NCBI GenBank assembly: GCA_046761065.1
Contig: JBHIFL010000034.1
Location: 1 to 45,561, forward strand
Source of the DNA: Candidatus Heimdallarchaeota archaeon
Lineage (GTDB): Archaea > Asgardarchaeota > Wukongarchaeia > Wukongarchaeales > JBHIFL01
Reading direction: 5' to 3'
DNA length: 45,561 nt
Positions 40,670 through 45,561 of the stretch are shown piece by piece (positions within the stretch are counted from its first letter, which is position 1; each line of letters starts with the position of its first letter). The translations under genes and the position numbers were made by a program. A model generated the notes under the pieces. That model did not search any database. It was given only the letters and a program-made list of their open reading frames with translations, and was not told where the DNA came from.

Positions 40670-41836
40670 ATGGATAATATCATTGTTGTGCCATCCTATT
40701 GGTCAAAGGAAGGATTTCCAGAGATCTACGATCACCCTACTCTGTTAGAGGCAAAGAATAACGAGACCCTCTCAAGACTACTTGCAAGTCTTCGAAGACT
40801 CAACGGCTCATTCAAAGTCATAATAATAGGCGTAGTAACTAATGAAGAACTAGAACAAGAGGTTTGGCATGAAATCAAAGAAATTGTTGAATCATTTCCT
40901 GATCTTAATGTATCTCATTTCCATAACTTGCACCTTAGAGAATTACGAAGACAGCTAGAAAAGATGGGTATCGCGAAGAAACTGACGAAAAGGCTTTCTA
41001 TGGAGGGTTATGGGAATGTTAGGAATATTTGCCTATTAATTCCTTATATAATGGGAGCTGAGATTATAATTCTACTTGACGATGATGAGATAGTGATGGA
41101 TAAAAATTTCATAAAAAGAGCCAGAGAATACGTTGGAAACCAACTCCAAGGGAAAATGGTGGGAGGGATTGCAGGTGTTTACATTGAGAAACCCGTTCAA
41201 AAAACGTTCAAGAGGCGGGAATGGTGGGAGAGGTTTTGGGAAAAAAGAAAATGCATGCAACAGGTTCTCAATAATTTGAATTCGGGAAAACGATTAAAAC
41301 GAACCCCTTTGGCACTTGGCGGAAACATGGTTATCCATCGAGCCCTTGCCACGGAGGTGCCTTTCGACCCATTCATCTATCGAGGGGAGGATACAGACTA
41401 TCTCTGGAATGCAAAGCACTTTGGATTTGAATTTCTTTATGATACTCGTCTTAGAATTGTCCACAGGCCGCCAGTTCATCGTACACCCCGTTGGGAACAA
41501 ATCAGGCGTGATTTGAAAAGATTCATATACCAAAGAGAAAAGGTGAAGCTTTTAAAGATTCCTCAGAGCTCTTTGAGTCAGTATCCGGGATATTTCTTAA
41601 GAAAAGATCTGAGAGTACGGGGTTTCTTGACGTGTTTATTGCTCGCACTGGATTGTTTGATCAGGAAACATCCAGATGATTCTAAAAATGCCTTATACAC
41701 CGCAATCAAAGTTTTATTCTGGGGTCGAGATGCAAAGAACAAAGTTAAGAGTTATTTAAAGTTTCAACTTGATTGGGTTTGCTTAATGGAAACGCTCGCT
41801 CAAAAAGAGATTGAAATAGTTAAGTTAATAAGTTGA
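40670..41836 (+). CDS. GT-A (family 2-like) glycosyltransferase
   Basis: GYGNVRN, LLDDDE, LGGNM, RGED. Confidence 0.85.
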   Translation: MDNIIVVPSYWSKEGFPEIYDHPTLLEAKNNETLSRLLASLRRLNGSFKVIIIGVVTNEELEQEVWHEIKEIVESFPDLNVSHFHNLHLRELRRQLEKMGIAKKLTKRLSMEGYGNVRNICLLIPYIMGAEIIILLDDDEIVMDKNFIKRAREYVGNQLQGKMVGGIAGVYIEKPVQKTFKRREWWERFWEKRKCMQQVLNNLNSGKRLKRTPLALGGNMVIHRALATEVPFDPFIYRGEDTDYLWNAKHFGFEFLYDTRLRIVHRPPVHRTPRWEQIRRDLKRFIYQREKVKLLKIPQSSLSQYPGYFLRKDLRVRGFLTCLLLALDCLIRKHPDDSKNALYTAIKVLFWGRDAKNKVKSYLKFQLDWVCLMETLAQKEIEIVKLIS

Positions 41837-41938
41837 ATGGACGATTATTTCTCTTTAAAAACGTTTTAAACCTTGTAAATATTGGAATTTGTATTAACAC
41901 CAATTTTAGGATTGGTTTTTGGATAAGTTCTATTAAGG

Positions 41939-43198
41939 ATGGAACACAGGATGACGATTGCATTACTCCACTACACCTCCCCTCCAGTTGTAGGAGGCGT
42001 TGAAACGGTCATTTTGCAACAAGCACGATATCTTTCAGAAGAAGGGAAGAGGATAGTAATCATATCGGGAAAAGGAGAACAATTTGATAAAAATATTCCC
42101 GTATTAATCCTCCCTGAGTTGTCATTAGAAAATAAGCCCCTTCAAGCGCTTCAGGACCAAATCATAACTTCTGGTATAGTTGATCAAGAGAAATATGACG
42201 TATTTTCTAGGGTAATCCAAGAAAAATTGGAGCAGTTAATTTTAGAATATGACATAGAAGTAATGGTAGTTCATAATATAATGACTATGCATTTTCATTT
42301 TCCACTTGTAAGTGCCATTCACACCCTCACAGAGCGGTTGGAGAACGTTCGATTCTTTTTTTGGTGTCATGATGGGATCTTGCTAAGGAGCGGGTATGAA
42401 CATCTTCGCACAACATTTCCATGGTCGGAACTGAAGCGCGCGAATCCTCGAGCTACCTATGTGACAATCACAGCATATCGTCGAGATCAATTCTCCGACC
42501 TCTTATCGATTAAGAAGGATATATTCCAAATTATCCCTAATGGGATGGAACCACCCTATGACGAGTTTATTGAGAAGCTGATGAGAAAAATTGGCGTCGA
42601 TTGGGATGATTTTATTATTGTAAGTCCCGTCAGGATCGTCCCGCGGAAAAATTTGGAGTTCGCTATTAAAATATTTGAAGAGATCAAGAAGAAAATTCCA
42701 AATGCTAAGTATATTATTCCAGGAAACGTAGAGCGAAGAGGGAAATCTGAAGACCCATATTTTAAATTTTTGCTAGATTTAATTCGATCTTTAAACATTG
42801 AAGAATCTGTTCTGTTTATTTATCCCTGTATTTCTCTAAAAAGACGATTTTCCAAGACAGCGATCGAGAAATGGAGTATATTTGACGTTTATGCATTCAC
42901 GGATCTTGTCTTGCTAACATCAACCGAGGAAGGTTTTGGGCTACCAGTACTGGAAGCAGCGGTTCGGCGGATTCCTGTTGCAGCTAGTGATATTCCACCA
43001 TTCAAGGAGATTGCTCAGGATAATGCTCTCATCTTTGACCTCGCAAGTGCGCCTCAAGAAGTCGCAAATCGAATTGTGACATTCTGTTCCGCGCACAAAG
43101 GGATCAAGCTTTATGATCATGTGATGAAACAATATCAGTGGCTTAGAATTATTAGAGAGAAAATCTTACCTCTGCTATTTCCGAATGAATGCTGTTAA
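41939..43198 (+). CDS. GT4 glycosyltransferase, possibly MggA-like
   Basis: LHYTSPPVVGGVE, RIVPRKNLE, EGFGLPVLEA. Confidence 0.88.
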   Translation: MEHRMTIALLHYTSPPVVGGVETVILQQARYLSEEGKRIVIISGKGEQFDKNIPVLILPELSLENKPLQALQDQIITSGIVDQEKYDVFSRVIQEKLEQLILEYDIEVMVVHNIMTMHFHFPLVSAIHTLTERLENVRFFFWCHDGILLRSGYEHLRTTFPWSELKRANPRATYVTITAYRRDQFSDLLSIKKDIFQIIPNGMEPPYDEFIEKLMRKIGVDWDDFIIVSPVRIVPRKNLEFAIKIFEEIKKKIPNAKYIIPGNVERRGKSEDPYFKFLLDLIRSLNIEESVLFIYPCISLKRRFSKTAIEKWSIFDVYAFTDLVLLTSTEEGFGLPVLEAAVRRIPVAASDIPPFKEIAQDNALIFDLASAPQEVANRIVTFCSAHKGIKLYDHVMKQYQWLRIIREKILPLLFPNECC

Positions 43199-43412
43199 TT
43201 GTGGAGCCTAAATTCATTCGTATTTCAATTACCTATTATTGGCGATAACCCAAAATTCCATTTTTTATGACAGTACTTCAACCCCTCACAATCTTTCTAG
43301 TCATGTAGAGGCTTGATTTCCAATTTTTATCTGCAATATGCTTCCGTTTACCCTTCGAGCCGGAAGTTTTTTATGAAGAGCTATATTTTATTTTCAATCT
43401 TGGGTGATGTAG

Positions 43413-43844
43413 ATGTCCAAGACAGACACACGAACCTCCGGACTAGTCCTGATCGTGCTTGGTGGAATGTTGCTGATTTATGCTGGTTCCACAGGCTCTA
43501 TCGGTGTATTCGAGACGATCGTTGAGTATGCCAAAAATTATTTGGGAGAAACTGAAACCACGATGCTTGAGATATTGCTAATTGGTCTTGGGGTAATCGC
43601 ATCACTTGGTGGGATATCGGTTCTTGCTGGAGCGTATTTGATCAGAAAAGATCGAGAAGGGACTGGAAAATTTATCGTTGGAATCGGTGCCGGAATGGGA
43701 CTGATTGGCTTGATTCTATTGATTGTAACAACTGTTATGGGACGTGAGGGACTCCGTGGTACCTACCAGTTAATTGCTGGAATGGCGACTGGGACGAGTG
43801 GACTGGGGGTCCTTCTGACCATCTTTGGTAGAATGCGGGTCTGA
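43413..43844 (+). CDS. Gly-rich 4-TM hypothetical protein
   Basis: 143 aa after a GGTGA site; four hydrophobic helices. Confidence 0.8.
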   Translation: MSKTDTRTSGLVLIVLGGMLLIYAGSTGSIGVFETIVEYAKNYLGETETTMLEILLIGLGVIASLGGISVLAGAYLIRKDREGTGKFIVGIGAGMGLIGLILLIVTTVMGREGLRGTYQLIAGMATGTSGLGVLLTIFGRMRV

Positions 43845-43982
43845 AACTCCAATATTCAGGGCATGCTATCCCTACCCGATTATTTCCCTTCTTTTTCTCC
43901 TAGTCCTTATATTAAAAACCCAGCCATTTAATGACCTACTTGCCTATTCTTTTTCAATCATTGCACTTACATAGCACGGAGT

Positions 43983-45059
43983 TTGGCCTTATGTATAGAT
44001 TCCCCTCAAGGGGTTTATAACCAAGCAGCCCAACAAATATCTGAGGTAGATGGAAGATTGTTAACTACTCGTGCCCCCTTTGCTAGTGGGTCAAGTCAGG
44101 TAAACGTCAATTCAAGCGATTTTCAGGATGGATCCAAAAAACGCGCCCTTATTTTTCCTAACTGGACGAAAAAATTCCCAACCGACGAGGAGTGTACCCA
44201 TTGTCATGTGTCGCTTTCCCTAGCCTTCCGCGATCTGGACCACCACCCAGTCCTTGCCTGCCCGTTATGCCGACGCGTGTATTTATCCAAGGGAACAGCG
44301 AAAATTCTTTCTCAAGTCCGAAAAGCGTTCCAAACCAATAGTTGCGAAGTTATGAGTGACGATGAAAGGCTGCAGGACCCGCAAGGCGGTTCTCAATCTT
44401 CGAACCTACCAAAGAATATGTCTTGGCAGGATTCAAACCATATCGGTTTATTGCAACCTTTACAAACCCCTCTGAAATCGAATGGGGATAAGGAGGAAAA
44501 AGTGGAATTCAAGAAAAATAACTCCCGATGGCAACCCGGACCCCATTTCCTTGCTTTGCAAACAGGACCTGCAAACTCAAGCGGGAAAACCAAGAACATT
44601 GAAAGAGAAGAATTAGACTCCATGGAACTAACTTCAGGTATTCAAAATGATGAAGTTGACCTAGGAGAATCAGAACAGGGGTATCGCAGGAGGTACCAAT
44701 TGAAGTTTCACATTGCCATTGCCGAGATCCGACGCCAAGTCCTAGATGTGCTTGGCATCGTTGGTGAGTTATATCCAAACTTGTGTCAGTGCTTACAACA
44801 CGGATCCACCCTTATTTTTGAAGCAGATTCGGCGATAAGCAAAGACCTGGTCAAGACCCTCTTGGAGATAGTAGGAGATCTTTGTCACTTTCATTTGACC
44901 TTTAAACAACCCCCAAACTATGAGATATTAAGTTCACGGGATGTGAAAATCCTCCTCACCGCACTGCATCAGCTTGGACAAAAATGGGAGACACCCAAAC
45001 CCTCTTCCAAAACACATGACGTTCCATGTCATATAGACCACTTGCGTACCTTGATATAA
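43983..45059 (+). CDS. Hypothetical protein with zinc ribbon and disordered linker
   Basis: CTHC...CPLC. Start uncertain, possibly TTG 44058 after GAGGT. Confidence 0.65.
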   Translation: MALCIDSPQGVYNQAAQQISEVDGRLLTTRAPFASGSSQVNVNSSDFQDGSKKRALIFPNWTKKFPTDEECTHCHVSLSLAFRDLDHHPVLACPLCRRVYLSKGTAKILSQVRKAFQTNSCEVMSDDERLQDPQGGSQSSNLPKNMSWQDSNHIGLLQPLQTPLKSNGDKEEKVEFKKNNSRWQPGPHFLALQTGPANSSGKTKNIEREELDSMELTSGIQNDEVDLGESEQGYRRRYQLKFHIAIAEIRRQVLDVLGIVGELYPNLCQCLQHGSTLIFEADSAISKDLVKTLLEIVGDLCHFHLTFKQPPNYEILSSRDVKILLTALHQLGQKWETPKPSSKTHDVPCHIDHLRTLI

Positions 45060-45276
45060 CCATCTCTTGACGCCTGAGGGAGTCAAGACTCGGAGAAGAC
45101 GGGGGCAAGAAGCAATTGCCTTTCAAAATCAGATAATAATTCCTGCCAAAAAAAAATAGAAAGTATTGTGCAATCACTTATTTATAGTGATAAAAGAAAG
45201 TGTTATCAACTTCGCCTTGAGGGAAATAGAATAATCATCTCCCACGACCCACTGTTTTTTTGGATATTCGTAGTAT

Positions 45277-45504
45277 TTAGCAAGAACTGTGTTCTATAGC
45301 CCCCTCAGGACATGCATCAACACACGCACAACATTCAATGCATTCGTCAATATTTACTACTTTTGCCTTGCCATCTACCAGCTCATAGACAACGGGTTCG
45401 GCGGGACACTCCTCGATGCACTTCCCATGTCCTTTACATAATTCATAGTCTACCGTTATTGTAATTCCAAGCTCATCAGATTCCCATTTTCTTAGGTCCG
45501 GCAT
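45277..45504 (-). CDS. Dicluster ferredoxin
   Basis: CKGHGKCIEECP and CIECCACVDACP. ATG 45504 follows GGTGAT. Confidence 0.92.
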   Translation of the reverse strand: MPDLRKWESDELGITITVDYELCKGHGKCIEECPAEPVVYELVDGKAKVVNIDECIECCACVDACPEGAIEHSSC

Positions 45505-45561
45505 GACTGTTATCACCACGGAGCGGCACCGACGCTCTCTTCCATATATAGTTTTCGGTCA

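Noticed and set aside
44193-44207. CTHCH as a heme c motif
   Set aside because: It pairs with a downstream CPLC as a zinc ribbon and the protein has no export signal.
1-45561. CRISPR arrays, tRNA/rRNA genes, transposases, integrases
   Set aside because: I saw no regularly spaced repeats, cloverleaf or rRNA signatures, or recombinase motifs by eye.

Overview
This is an archaeal chromosome segment, judged from TATA/BRE promoters, GGAGG/GGTGA ribosome sites and C-terminal TM+basic-tail anchors; an Asgard/Heimdallarchaeia-like origin is my inference, not shown. Bases ~390-17111 form a respiratory island. It holds a b6f-type Rieske/cytochrome b6/subunit IV operon followed by a DOMON heme protein and membrane subunits. 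It also holds a PadR-methyltransferase regulator divergent from a cupredoxin-4Fe-4S membrane fusion, a second CuA-like cupredoxin, an EB_dh-type heme protein and a 5'-truncated NrfA/ONR-like multiheme cytochrome with a CxxCM motif, plus a CPTC membrane protein, SCO and decayed duplicates. The middle has DinB, GNAT and PIN toxin-antitoxin pseudogenes, PhoU-like/PiT, TatD, an unannotated 287-nt highly structured element (23084-23370), a Tat-signal SagB-type nitroreductase with a NapH-like partner, an M24 peptidase, a small CxxC-x17-CxxC gene, an FAD oxidoreductase/HdrD-like pair, YhbY and a beta-CASP nuclease. The right end carries a glucosylglycerate-type glycosyltransferase plus YcjNOP-like ABC cluster whose binding protein has a nonsense codon, two hypothetical genes and a ferredoxin. 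All family calls come from motif recognition by eye; no searches were run.
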